Shown here one piece after another: positions 46,246 through 58,192 of a stretch of 64,000 nt of DNA. The notes beneath the pieces were generated by a model. The model saw nothing but the letters and a program-made list of their open reading frames with translations, did no database searches and had not been told where the DNA came from. Position 1 is the first letter of the stretch. Each line of letters opens with the position of its first letter. The stretch covers positions 364,746,001 through 364,810,000 of the forward strand of contig OZ024740.1 of assembly GCA_964016885.1 (NCBI GenBank), read 5' to 3'. Made by a program: the position numbers and the translations under genes. The DNA is from Eledone cirrhosa (taxonomy: Eukaryota).

Positions 46246-46278
<33 letters not shown>

Positions 46279-46280
46279 CA

Positions 46281-46312
<32 letters not shown>

Positions 46313-46486
46313 TACTCACACACACATATACACACACACATACATTAATAACAATAATAATAATAATAATAATAATAACAACAATAATAATAACGACAAC
46401 AACAATAATAATATACATATACATATATATATACACACACACGCACACACATAAGCATATCTACACACACACACACACGATAGCAA

Positions 46487-46890
46487 CTAACAGCGCTGCG
46501 ATCGAATGTGGCTTTTTAGCCCAGCCAATGATCTAAAATGTCTTGCACAGAGTCGGCAACCAAAACATTCACTGGGAATAGTCGGCTGTGGTTGGAGTTT
46601 GTGTACTTTTGCATGTCGCTTGAGCCCTCCTGCTGATTTACATTCTCTACCACATGTTTGGCAAGCATGATGAGTAGCATCTCCAACAGCAGCCTGGTAG
46701 TCAACCACTGGTCTTACTTTATGACTGCAAAGATGACTTTCGAGTCCAGCTTTGCTTAGGCAGAGTCTCGCACAGACGCTGCATGTCAGCACCATAGGAG
46801 GACCCTCGCCGTCTGGAAGTGCAACAGCAATGCCCTTCCTCACATCCCGCTTTACTTTCTCATATGCGATTCGAGATGTCTCAAAGGCAA
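46487..46890 (-). mobile_element. LINE C-terminal fragment with three C2H2-type zinc fingers
   Basis: CSVCARLCLSKAGLESHLCSH, CQTCGRECKSAGGLKRHAKVH and [21 protein letters not shown]; flanked by microsatellites; resembles RTE-type C-termini. Confidence 0.65.
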
Positions 46891-47132
46891 CATACATACA
46901 TACATATCATTTCATTTTATGTCCGCTTTTCCCTGCTTGCAAGGGTGGGACGGGAACTGATTCTGGCTTGATTTCTACAGCTGGATGCCATTCCTAACAC
47001 CAACCTCATTTACAGTGAGTGCTGGGCGCTTTTTTGCCGTGGCACCTCCACGACCACTTTGCAGTAGAATGATATGGACCCCAGTCCCTATCATCTCATT
47101 TCTACAGCTGAGTAAAATGAAAATGATATATC

Positions 47133-47179
<47 letters not shown>

Positions 47180-47182
<3 letters not shown>

Positions 47183-48290
47183 TCATCATCATCATCACCG
47201 TTTTACGTCCGTTCTTCCACGCTAGCATGGGTTAGACGGGGTGTCCTGTTGTGGGCAGTGTCTGGTCGGCTGTCCATGCCTCACTCATACAGGAACTGAT
47301 CTGGCTTGATTTCTACAGCTGGATGCCCTTCCTAACACGAACCTCATTTACAGTGAGTGCTGGGTGCTTTTTCGTGGCGCCTACACGTCCACTTTACAGT
47401 GTGGGCTGGGTACTTTTTTGCCGTGGTACCTCCACGACCACTTTGCGGTTGGGGGTGTGGGCGCATATTGTCTATATGCTTCAGCTTGTACCCATGGGAG
47501 GTCGGGTACTCTGTATTACTGCGTGATGCCAGAAGTCACGGCCGTGTGTCATTGCCTTTGAGAGGTCTAATTGGGTAAGGTCGGCTTTTATCACCTCATC
47601 TCAAGTCATCTTGGGTCTCCCCACTCCACGGTTTCCATCAACTTCTAGTGCTCTGCACCTTTTTATGCAGCTGTCATCCTTCATACGCATCACATGTCCA
47701 TACCAGCATAACCGCCTCTCCTGCACACAGCATTTGATTCCTCTTATGCTCAGTTTCTCTCTCAATTCATTTATGCTTTGTCGTTCACGTATATTACAGT
47801 TACACATCCATTGGAGCATGCAGGCTTCGTTTCTCTCTAATCTACGTAAGTCTTCCACCTTCAGCGCCCAGGTCTCACTACCATGCAACATTGCTGTTTG
47901 GATACACGCATCATACAGTCTGCCTTTCATTCTGAGGGAGAAGCCTTTTGCAGCTAGCAGTGGTAGTAGTTCCCTAAACTTCTTCCATCCCGTTCTTACC
48001 CTAGTTATTGTACTTTCTGAACACCCACCTCCGCTGCTAATTCGGTCACCTAGGTAGCAGAAGCTGTCTACTGTTTCTACAGAGCCCTCCCAGAGATTGG
48101 TGGTACTTGTTTCCTGTGGCTGTTTGCTGCTTGCTGTCTCAGCACAGCTGCTGCATGTGAAGCCTACATTCTTAATTAAGCTTCCTGAGATCCCGCTACA
48201 TCTCTTGTGTACCCATTGTTTGCATTTGGGGCAGAGAATGGAGTTCCTACCTACACCTTTCCTACATACTGAGCAAGGCCATTTCCCGTG
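47180..48290 (-). mobile_element. RTE 3' fragment (PHD-like finger to tail)
   Basis: [22 protein letters not shown]...FCYLG...HGSETW...GRPK; (CAT)n tail at 47180. Confidence 0.92.
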
Positions 48291-48641
48291 ACCTCTGGCA
48301 TCACGCAGTAATACAGAAGACCCAACCCCCCACGGGTACAAGCTGAAGCATATAGACAACATGCCCCCACCCCCTCCCACTGCAAAGTGGTCATGGAGAT
48401 GCCACGGCAAAAAAAAGCACCCAGCCCACACTGTAAAGTGGACATGTAGGCGCCACGGAAAAAAAGCACTCAGCACTCACTGTAAATGAGGTTGGTGTTA
48501 GGAAGGGCATCCAGCTATAGAAATCAAGCCAGAATCAGTTCCTGTATGAGCAAGTCATGGTCAGCTGACAACAGGACAACCCGTCTAACCCATGCTAGCG
48601 TGGAAGAATGGACGTAAAACGGTGATGATGATGATGATGAT
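48286..48641 (+). mobile_element. RTE 3' end fragment, fused head-to-head with the preceding copy
   Basis: Inverted homolog of 47180-47542 ending in (GAT)n. Confidence 0.9.
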
Positions 48642-48989
48642 ATATAATTATAAGTTTGAAGAACAGACAGATTAAATTTATCTAACTTATCTTCTTAGTC
48701 CAGAGAAAATAACTACATAAATAATCAATTAAACGGAGCTAAATTTAAATTACAAGTATGAAAAAAAATATATATACTGAATAATTCTTCTATATATATA
48801 CAAACTTACACACACACACATATATATAGAAAACAAAATTGTAAAATCATAATATTATAAAATTAAATCAAATTGTTTAGATCTATAAGTGAAGTCATTC
48901 TTTTTCTTTTTATAAATATATATATATATATATATATACATACACACATATATATTTATACACATACACATATGTAATATACAGACATG

Positions 48990-49024
<35 letters not shown>

Positions 49025-49230
49025 TAAAGTGCTCAACTGGCATACTGCCTATGGACACATCTTAGCTACCTTAAGACGTGTATATATATATATATATATA
49101 TATACATACATATATATATATATATGTAATATTATAAAAGAAAAAAACGGTAGAAAATGCTAAAGAGATTTTATCTCAGAATAACAGCAAAACATTTATT
49201 TACAAAATATATATTACAAAATATTATTCG

Positions 49231-49262
49231 TACTAGTTTCAGCTTGTAGGCTTCTTCAGGTG
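49231..49262 (-). ncRNA. Minimal hammerhead motif (weak helix I)
   Basis: Minus strand CTGAAGA-AGC-CTACAA-GCT-GAAACTAGTA; ACTAGT palindrome. Confidence 0.6.
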
Positions 49263-49346
49263 ACAGAAGTGTATAATACAATTAAATTGCACATTAATAA
49301 GAACAATAAGAATATGGGGAAAACATTTTTTTACATACATATATAT

Positions 49347-49792
49347 ACTAGAGCTGAAAAATGCACAAGCTCAAAAGAGCCACAGAATGTTATAATAAAC
49401 CTTCAAAAGTGTGGGACTAGAGTTGTTGCTCAAAAATATTGTAATCATTATCTATCGTACACTCTGTGGCATCCTTATAAAAAAAAGAGACTCGTAATGA
49501 ACTCAAGACGACACGATAATTATTTAAGCTAATGTTCAATATCTCATATTAGATGTTTAGTAACGAATAATACACAATACACTTAAACCGAATTCTATAT
49601 TATAAATTCACTTAAATAATTATTGTGTCGTCTTGAGTTCGTTATGAGTCTTTTTTTTATAAAAGGATGCCACAGAGTGTACGATAGATAATAATTACAA
49701 TATTTTTTAGCAACAACTCTAGTCCCACACTTTTGAAGGTTTATCATAACATTCTGTGGCTCTTTTGAACTTGTGCATTTTTCAGGTCTAGT
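49347..49792. repeat. Inverted repeat, ~182-bp arms with 82-bp spacer
   Basis: 49347-49528 versus 49611-49792 with scattered mismatches. Confidence 0.93.
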
Positions 49793-50036
49793 TTAATATT
49801 TTTTTAAGTCAGCACTTGTAATAATTCTAGTTAAACATGATATATATTAATAATAAATGATCGTTGTAATGTAATTAGATTATATAATTGTTATTTTATA
49901 AATGATCTTATAAATATTATTGTAAGATATATAAAAATATTTTCAGACTTTTAATATAAACAACTAGAAAAAACAATCAATATTAAATAAATATATTTTA
50001 CATAATAATTGTTATAGTTGAATTAATAAAAATTAA

Positions 50037-50103
<67 letters not shown>

Positions 50104-50919
50104 CAGGGTGAGGACGATATTTTTTCGCAATTTTCAACTGCTAATTTTATGAACATTTTTTTTTACTTCCATTGTCACTCTTGTCTTCACAAAAACAGTT
50201 ACTATATTTCCATTATTTATTTTCAGAATTTGTGGAATTTCCAAATTTGTGGAAGAGACACGGAGTTCTTCTTGGAAATAAGGAAATTTCAGACTTTCTC
50301 GGCATCAGCAGGAGAATGGTGTCTCATCCAAAGACGTGCCCAGAGTCATGCAGACAAAGTTTCCAGCGACAACATTGGTCTTAGGTGTCGTCAGCAGTCA
50401 AGGTGACGTCATGCCACCCCACTTCTTTCCTGAGGGCCTCAAGCTGAACACCGATGGCTACATCCGCGTTCTGAATGAGGTAGTAAATCCCTGGATCAAC
50501 TAGGTAGCTGCAGGTAGGCCGAAAGGCCCAAGCCTGGCTGTCAGAGAAGTTCGTCGACCACACTTCACCTGACATCTGGCCTCCCAGCTCGTCTGACTGC
50601 GACCCCCTCGACTTCTTTGTGTGGGCGCAGTGGAACGAGACACCAACAGATCTAGCTGCAATACGAAAGACGATCTGAAGGCCAGGATCACAAGTGCTTT
50701 TAGGGGCCTAAGTCGGGGGACAGTGACGAAGGCCTGTAGCCGGTTCTGAGGCCGCCTTGAGGCCGTCATCAAAGCCAATGGCGCGTTTATCGAATGTGAT
50801 CGAAAGAACAAGTCATGAAGACAAACTGATCCAAGTTTGATAAATATATCTTAAAAAATAAAACTACTGTGTTATTTTTTCCTAGACAGTAATCTTGCGA
50901 ACAAATATCGTCCGCACCT
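50104..50919 (+). mobile_element. Internally deleted Tc1/mariner-superfamily (maT-like) transposon
   Basis: TIRs GGTGAGGACGATATTTTTTCGCAA and TTGCGAACAAATATCGTCCGCACC in TA flanks; remnant GVVSSQGDVMPPHFF...WPPSSSDCDPLDFF...RLEAVIKANGAFIE. Confidence 0.88.
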
Positions 50920-50946
50920 ATATATATATATTCTAGGAGCAGGTAA

Positions 50947-51235
50947 AATTAGCGAGATCCATGGACGAGTTCTCTCCAGCAGTCTCTGTCCCTCATTATC
51001 GCTGCCATGTCCTGCGTCTCCAACAGACCAGTGTCTGTCCTTAGGGCATCAACATACATTAACCTTGGTCTTCCTCTTCCAGTGTGTCCATGTAGGGGCT
51101 CCCACAGGAGCACTGAGTGCAATGTCAACTCTGGATGTTGGTGAGCATGTCCAGCTAACCTCAGTCTCCTCTGTGTCACTTTTGAGCTGACTTTTGGGAG
51201 GCTCCCATACAGCTCTGAGTTTTTCATCTTCAGTG
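50947..51235 (-). mobile_element. RTE-like LINE 3' fragment (distinct family)
   Basis: ELYGSLPKVS...RRLRLAGH...LLWEP...GRGRP...RDRDCWR. Confidence 0.85.
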
Positions 51236-51323
51236 TATATTTATATATATATATATAAATATATATATGCATACATATGTAGATATGTATGCATATATAT
51301 TAATGTATAAATGAATTTATATA

Positions 51324-51363
<40 letters not shown>

Positions 51364-51549
51364 TAATTTAATATATCAACTAACATAAGCGCACAGATGC
51401 ACGCCCATGCCAGCAAATACACAGGTTATGTCATAGTACCTAGGTGGTTCAATGCAGGAGAATGCAGAACAATAATATAAAGGACGTAAAATAAGAAAAT
51501 ATTTTTTAAAAAAAAATTTTAAAAAAATTTTTTACTTACTTAAATTTTC

Positions 51550-51631
51550 ACTCCAACTAATTAGTTTCTGCAATGGGATAAAGACAGTTACGTAATCCAA
51601 CTGTCGAGAATTCATTGCGTCATCAGGGAGT
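51550..51631 (-). ncRNA. Type-I hammerhead with extended helix II (copy 1)
   Basis: Minus strand ACTCC-CTGATGA-C-GCAATG..GACAGTT..AACTGTC..CATTGC-A-GAAACTAATTAGTT-GGAGT. Confidence 0.78.
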
Positions 51632-52107
51632 CTATTCTCAGTTAAGTCTCCAGGCAATGCGCGGACACTGGCGGCTCATATAAAAATAATAATAATTCGG
51701 TAGATCGAACAGCTTGCGAGGACTGGATTCTATGTACCGAAATTCTCACTGCTTCAAGTCAAATGGCCGATTCTAAAGAATCAATCACGTGACACAGAGG
51801 CTAGTTAGAAGGAATGGGATGGTAAGATGACTGACGCCTACTAACACCCCAAAAAAAATTTTTTTAGAAGTGCTTTTGACAAGTTTGCTCGACAAATCAG
51901 TGATTTGGAGATAAATATAGATAATTTAATATATCAACTAACATAAGCGCACAGATGCACGCCCATGCCAGCAAATACACAGGTTATGTCATAGTACCTA
52001 GGTGGTTCAATGCAGGAGAATGCAGAACAATAATATAAAGGACGTAAAATAAGAAAATATTTTTTTTAAAAAAATTTTAAAAAAATTTTTTACTTACTTA
52101 AATTTTC

Positions 52108-52189
52108 ACTCCAACTAATTAGTTTCTGCAATGGGATAAAGACAGTTACGTAATCCAACTGTCGAGAATTCATTGCGTCATCAGGGAGT
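52108..52189 (-). ncRNA. Type-I hammerhead with extended helix II (copy 2)
   Basis: Identical to copy 1. Confidence 0.78.
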
Positions 52190-52666
52190 CTATTCTCAGT
52201 TAAGTCTCCAGGCAATGCGCGGACACTGGCGGCTCATATAAAAATAATAATAATTCGGTAGATCGAACAGCTTGCGAGGACTGGATTCTATGTACCGAAA
52301 TTCTCACTGCTTCAAGTCAAATGGCCGATTCTAAAGAATCAATCACGTGACACAGAGGCTAGTTAGAAGGAATGGGATGGTAAGATGACTGACGCCTACT
52401 AACACCCCAAAAAAAAATTTTTTTAGAAGTGCTTTTGACAAGTTTGCTCGACAAATCAGTGATTTGGAGATAAATATAGATAATTTAATATATCAACTAA
52501 CATAAGCGCACAGATGCACGCCCATGCCAGCAAATACACAGGTTATGTCATAGTACCTAGGTGGTTCAATGCAGGAGAATGCAGAACAATAATATAAAGG
52601 ACGTAAAATAAGAAAATATTTTTTTAAAAAAAATTTTAAAAAAATTTTTTACTTACTTAAATTTTC

Positions 52667-52748
52667 ACTCCAACTAATTAGTTTCTGCAATGGGATAAAG
52701 ACAGTTACGTAATCCAACTGTCGAGAATTCATTGCGTCATCAGGGAGT
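52667..52748 (-). ncRNA. Type-I hammerhead with extended helix II (copy 3)
   Basis: Identical to copy 1. Confidence 0.78.
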
Positions 52749-53062
52749 CTATTCTCAGTTAAGTCTCCAGGCAATGCGCGGACACTGGCGGCTCATATAA
52801 AAATAATAATAATTCGGTAGATCGAACAGCTTGCGAGGACTGGATTCTATGTACCGAAATTCTCACTGCTTCAAGTCAAATGGCCGATTCTAAAGAATCA
52901 ATCACGTGACACAGAGGCTAGTTAGAAGGAATGGGATGGTAAGATGACTGACGCCTACTAACATCCCATTGCAGAAACTAATTAGTTGGAGTGAAAATTT
53001 AAGTAAGTAAAAAATTTTTTTAAAATTTTTTTTAAAAAAATATTTTCTTATTTTACGTCCTT

Positions 53063-53093
<31 letters not shown>

Positions 53094-53649
53094 ATATATA
53101 TTCTAAACCCATGCTAGCTGGAAGATCGCCGTTAAATGATGATGATGATGATATATATATATATATATGTAGTGAAATATGTGCACCAATCTTTGAACTA
53201 TTGTTCCCCTGGTTAGCAAAATAAATCATGCGCCCACAGACACTGACTTCTGGCTTCAGGAAATAGGAATAGATAAGCAATTTCCTTTGTAGGTATTTGT
53301 CTTGATATACTTCTTTCATTTTGGGGTCTGTCCCATGTCAACAAACTGTCTAGAGGAATACAGTTTTCGAGGGTCAGCTGCTTATTGTCAATGACAACAG
53401 GATTCTCATAAATTGTTTGCTCCCTGTTGTCCATGCCACCAGTCCAATTCAGTTTGTCCCAGCAACCAAAACACTATATTTGTCAACAGATACTCACTCC
53501 AGTCCTTTCAACCATGCATCTAATCAGACTAATACAACATTTTTGCAAAACCAGTTACATGAATATAACCACAATAACACTTTAACTTTCTGTTGTTTTC
53601 CTGCGTTAAAATAACTTCAGAGTAAATTATTTCTTAATAAAAATTATAT

Positions 53650-53803
53650 ACCCCCTTCAAACACACATCCATGTATCTGTGTGAATATCATGACTCATAC
53701 ACTGTTCCCTTTCCTGACGTTTGTATATTATTTTATGTGCTATACATACACCTTTGAAGAGTTGTAGTGCACCTGAGCACTGTACACAATAATTTTCATT
53801 ATT
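53650..53803 (+). mobile_element. 3' stub of the CR1/L2-group family at 8445-9688
   Basis: GTGCACCTGAGCACTGTACACAAT...CATTATTAT matches that element's tail. Confidence 0.85.
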
Positions 53804-54356
53804 ATCAAAGTAACAGTGTTTCTTATTGTTCATTGAATATTGCTAATGGCAGCTTTACTTTCATCCTTCAACATTCAACTACTGGCTATGGCAATGAATA
53901 CAACACAGGTCAACTCACTGAGACACACACTTCATTTGTCATAGGTCACAAACATTTTCACAGCATTTATATAGGAGAGAGCAACTCATGAAATCACCCA
54001 GCAAACCAATTACTACTACACATTCTGCCATACTACAATGAATAACTGATCTAGCACCACCTTTTACACAGGTTTTCATCTAGTCACCACACTAACCTAA
54101 TCTCTTATACAAACTACATTAGATGACGTAGAAAGCTTGCCAAACAAGGGGATAGGAAGACCCTTCAGTTTGTGTCAAAAGACATAACATCTCCTCTGCA
54201 CTTGATATGACCATATGTAAGCAGTATACAGAACCTTCGGCTGGTATGGAAGGTCAGTAGCCCCCACTTCAGTATTGACTTGGTTTATGTTGACCCATCC
54301 AGTCTTTGCTAGTAGGGAAAGCAGATGTTAAATGATGATAATCATGATTGATGGTA

Positions 54357-54392
<36 letters not shown>

Positions 54393-54396
<4 letters not shown>

Positions 54397-54540
54397 AAAA
54401 GAGTCAGGACCCTGATGGCTGAGCTCCGGCCGTTTCGACAGCTAGATCTATATTTTCCTATTATCCACTCTACTACCTTAAGTATCAAGTACTCTGGTGC
54501 TTGATACTCCACCTGGTTTCTTACCACACTTTCTTTGTTA
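54393..54540. mobile_element. Rearranged fragment of the 63841 hammerhead family (inverted half-ribozyme plus tail)
   Basis: Minus strand GTCGAAACGGC-CGGAGCTCA-GCCATC-AGGG, joined to a plus-strand tail homologous to 44710-44795. Confidence 0.65.
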
Positions 54541-55359
54541 TATATATATATATAATTATATTCCACCCTGTTAGATGGTTGTTTTGGAGCCATGATAAAA
54601 AGAATCCCATCCACACTGTAATGTGTTTGGCATTGGGAAGGGCAACCAAATCAAAAATTCAGATCCGTATGAGCAAGATGTTGTCACTTGGTCTGATTTT
54701 CTCTTAACATGGCAACTCGTCTAGCCCATGCCAGTATAGAAAAATAGATGGTAAATGAATGAGGATGATGATGAAGATGATGGATGATGATGATGATGAT
54801 GATGATGAGGATGATGATGATGATGTGTAGCATAAAAGAGAAACCAGTAAAATGAAATGAAAAAATGAGAAAGCTACAGTGTCACACCAACTAATATATA
54901 AATAAAAAATATCATGTTGGATTTCAATGTTTTTCATTAGAATTATCTGATGTAAAAGAAATGTTGTTTAATTCATTATTGAGGGAAAATAATTTAGAAT
55001 TGAAGAGAAGATACTTTGCAAGAAGCTATTCTTTGAAATTAGTCTTTTACTAATTTGCATATTGCTGGAAACAGTCAGAGAAAGTTCCAGATGAGATAAT
55101 GTAGTTTGTTTGTTTTTATAAATTGATTTGTTTGTTGGACTATAAATGTTAATAAAAAAAGAAAACAAAAGATATTCAGAAAATCCATATGCTATATGTA
55201 TGTATGTATACGTGTATACTTGTATGTGTGTGTGTGAATGTGTATATATAAATGTATGTGTGTGTATATGTGGGGGTATATATATATATACATATATATG
55301 TGTGTATGTGTGTATGTGTATATATATACCCCCCTGTGTGTATATATATATACCCCCCT

Positions 55360-56112
55360 GGCCTTCCTCAACTAACAATACTGACATCCCCACCCCTCCC
55401 CCTAGCACCGCGCACCCACACCCCCACATGCACACACATACCAGTACACTACACTCCTTCCTCCGTCCCCAACACCCTTTCTCTCCCTCTCACTCTCCCC
55501 ACTCCACCTATACCCCCTCACACACACATCTCACTAACACCTCCACTAATATACACACCATCCCTCCACACCACCACCTCCTCCACCTTTCACACCTACC
55601 CACTCTCTCCTCTGTCCACCGCACCTCCGCACACACAGACACACAGTCCACACCACATACAGACTCTTTCTTTACCTGTCATCCTCCTCTACTGCTATCT
55701 CTTCACCCTGCTTTGACCCTCTGACCACTTGCTGTTGCACGCGCACCCCACATCTCTCCACTTCCGCACTACCACACCAGGATTTCACACCACCGGTCAT
55801 CGTTCCAGCTATCCATTCTACAACACGCGAAATCTCTAACATCTTGTCTCACACTCCACGGAAATATCTTAGGAACATACACACGAACAAACACTTACAT
55901 TATTTTCGAACCACGCCACCTACATCCACACCACATATAAACACAAACACACACGTGCGTATCCCCACATACACACACTTAGCCTCCAGGCTCCACCCCC
56001 CCCACCCCTCTCCATCCAAACGCACGCACACACCGACTTACACCCCACCCCCATGTACACACCACTTTCCCTTTTACCTGAACATGGAACCTCGTTCTTC
56101 CCCCAACTCTCA

Positions 56113-56191
<79 letters not shown>

Positions 56192-56589
56192 ACAGCTACA
56201 TCCATGCACAAACACCACCTTCAGCCCTCCCCGCTCGGACCCCGCCTCCCTCTCCCCTCTCCAACCCTCCTTCACCCACCATCAACGCTACATGCCTCAC
56301 ACCCTTTCACCCCTTGTTTATTTTTGTTTTTATTTTTATTTGTACTTTTAAAAAAATTCCTTTACTCACTAAAAAAATTCTTTTTCCACCTTTTTCTCTC
56401 CCCCCCTTTTTTAAAAATGTCTTTCCACCACTCCCCCACACACCCTCAGAACTCTCTTCCTACCCACTGTTCTTCTGAAGAAGGGCTTATTCCCGAAACG
56501 TAGACCCCCACCCCCCACTCTCAAGCGTGAAACTAAAAACCATATCATTTGTACTGCCTCTCTGTTTTTTGTTCTCTGTTCATTTATTA

Positions 56590-56592
<3 letters not shown>
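55360..56592 (+). mobile_element. Penelope-like element 3' region with hammerhead motif at 56475-56502
   Basis: Colinear with ~40090-41165; CTGAAGAAGGGCTTATTCCCGAAACGTA. Confidence 0.85.
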
Positions 56593-56643
<51 letters not shown>

Positions 56644-56649
<6 letters not shown>

Positions 56650-57223
56650 CCCAGTACAACCTGTCCCATGGTCGGGTCGTTGGCGACTAAACTGGCAACC
56701 CCACCAAGGTTTCTTGGTGAGGAGGGTGACTTTGGACATCCTGCAGGACTAAAAACAAAACCTGTCAAAGGGCAAAGGAGCTCTTAAGAGTCAATGGCCA
56801 TCCAAAATCACCGGGAGAGATGACCCCTTAGCCTTTGTCAAGGCAGAATTCTAGGAGAAGGAAAACTCTGATATAACACCTGCAACCCTGATGGTTTCCA
56901 ATGATGTTGACTTGTTCTTCTTTTTGGTAAATATCATCTTGGTTAAGAGAGTGGGACTGGCTTTGTGCAGTGCCTTTGCTCACTATAAAAGCTTCACAGC
57001 ACAGGCATTGCTTTATATCTGGAGATCTCTCTGCACTTGTCGTCACATGGTACCATGGGCCCAGCACTATGTGTCAATAATTGTCACAAGTGTAGTGTTT
57101 GTACCAGAGTTTTCAAGTTGCTGGCTGGACTAAAAAGTCACACTCGTTCAGCGCATCGGTAGGGGTTCTCCTACATGGATATAAAGTAGTGGCCGTACTC
57201 GAAAACGAGTTGGCAGCCACCAT
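56644..57223 (+). mobile_element. Bipartite non-autonomous element, copy G (near full length)
   Basis: ATGTATCCCAGTACAACC...CAGCCACCAT. Confidence 0.85.
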
Positions 57224-57306
57224 ATATATATATATATGTGTGTAGAAGTTATATTTAATTTGTTGGGATACAACAAGCAAATATTTTTATAACTGATATA
57301 TATATA

Positions 57307-57925
57307 AACAGTAGACAGTTTCTGCTACCTGGGTGACCAAATAAACAGCAGAGGTGGGTGTTCTGAAAGTATGGTAGCCAGAGTAAGAATGGGATGGAAG
57401 AAGTTCAGAGAGCTACAACCACTGCTAGCAGCAAAAGGCTTTTCCCTCAACATGAAAGGTAAACTCTATCATGCATGCAATATTGCACGGTAGTGAGTCC
57501 TTACGTAGAATGGAAAGGAACGAAGCGTGCATGCTCCAATGGATGTGTAATAGTAAGATACGTGAACGGCAAAGCATAAGCGTACTGAGAGAGAAACTAG
57601 GCATAAGAGGAATCAGATGCAGTGTGTAAGAGTGGAGATTACGCTGGTATGGACATGTGATGCATATGAAGGATAACAGCTGTATAAAAATGTGCAGGGC
57701 ATTCAAAGTCGATGGAAGCTATGGAGTGGGGAGACCCAGGAAGACTTGAGATGAGGTGATAAAAGCTGACCTTGCCCAATTGCACCTCTTAATGGCGATG
57801 ACACATAACCGGGATCTCTGGCATTACACAGTAATACAGAAGACTCAACTTCCCATGGGCACAGGCTGAAGATGAAGCATATGTATAGTATGCACCACCA
57901 TTAAAACAACGATGATGATAATGAT
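57307..57925 (+). mobile_element. Decayed RTE 3' fragment
   Basis: VDSFCYLGD...GWKKFREL...WYGHVM...GRPRKT; GAT tail. Confidence 0.88.
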
Positions 57926-58015
57926 ATAGATATATGTATATAAATAAATAAATAACTAAACAGACTAAATAAAGATGGCGTAAGCATACAATACAACAGA
58001 AGGATACGTAATAGC

Positions 58016-58057
58016 ACCACTGATGATGTTGCAGATGTACAACGAAAGAACTTTGTT
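58016..58057 (+). ncRNA. Minimal hammerhead motif within a short pLTR-like segment (57940-58149)
   Basis: ACCA-CTGATGA-T-GTTG-CAGATGTA-CAAC-GAAAGAACTT-TGTT; downstream AATAAA; related to the 63410 motif. Confidence 0.65.
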
Positions 58058-58147
58058 AGACTATATATATTTGTTTGTGTCTATATTGTAACTGTATTTT
58101 TGACCGTTGGTCAGTTAATGGTAACATTGAGAACCGAATAAATTAAA

Positions 58148-58149
<2 letters not shown>

Positions 58150-58192
<43 letters not shown>

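Larger units (their letters stand above)
51358..53067 (-). mobile_element. Tandem array of 558-559-bp non-coding hammerhead-bearing monomers (about 2.9 copies) with inverted terminal segment
   Basis: Monomers start at 51361, 51919 and 52478 and differ only in homopolymer lengths by eye. 52963-53067 is an inverted copy of ~52592-52697. (TA)n flanks. Confidence 0.9.

Noticed and set aside
46487-46897. Host C2H2 zinc-finger gene
   Set aside because: No TGEKP linkers, the start codon lies in microsatellite, and the finger style matches LINE C-termini.
53170-54240. Possible Mutator-like transposase relic on the minus strand (LDAWLKG, LFPEARSQC..H)
   Set aside because: Too degraded to call by eye; a translated search against MULE profiles would decide.
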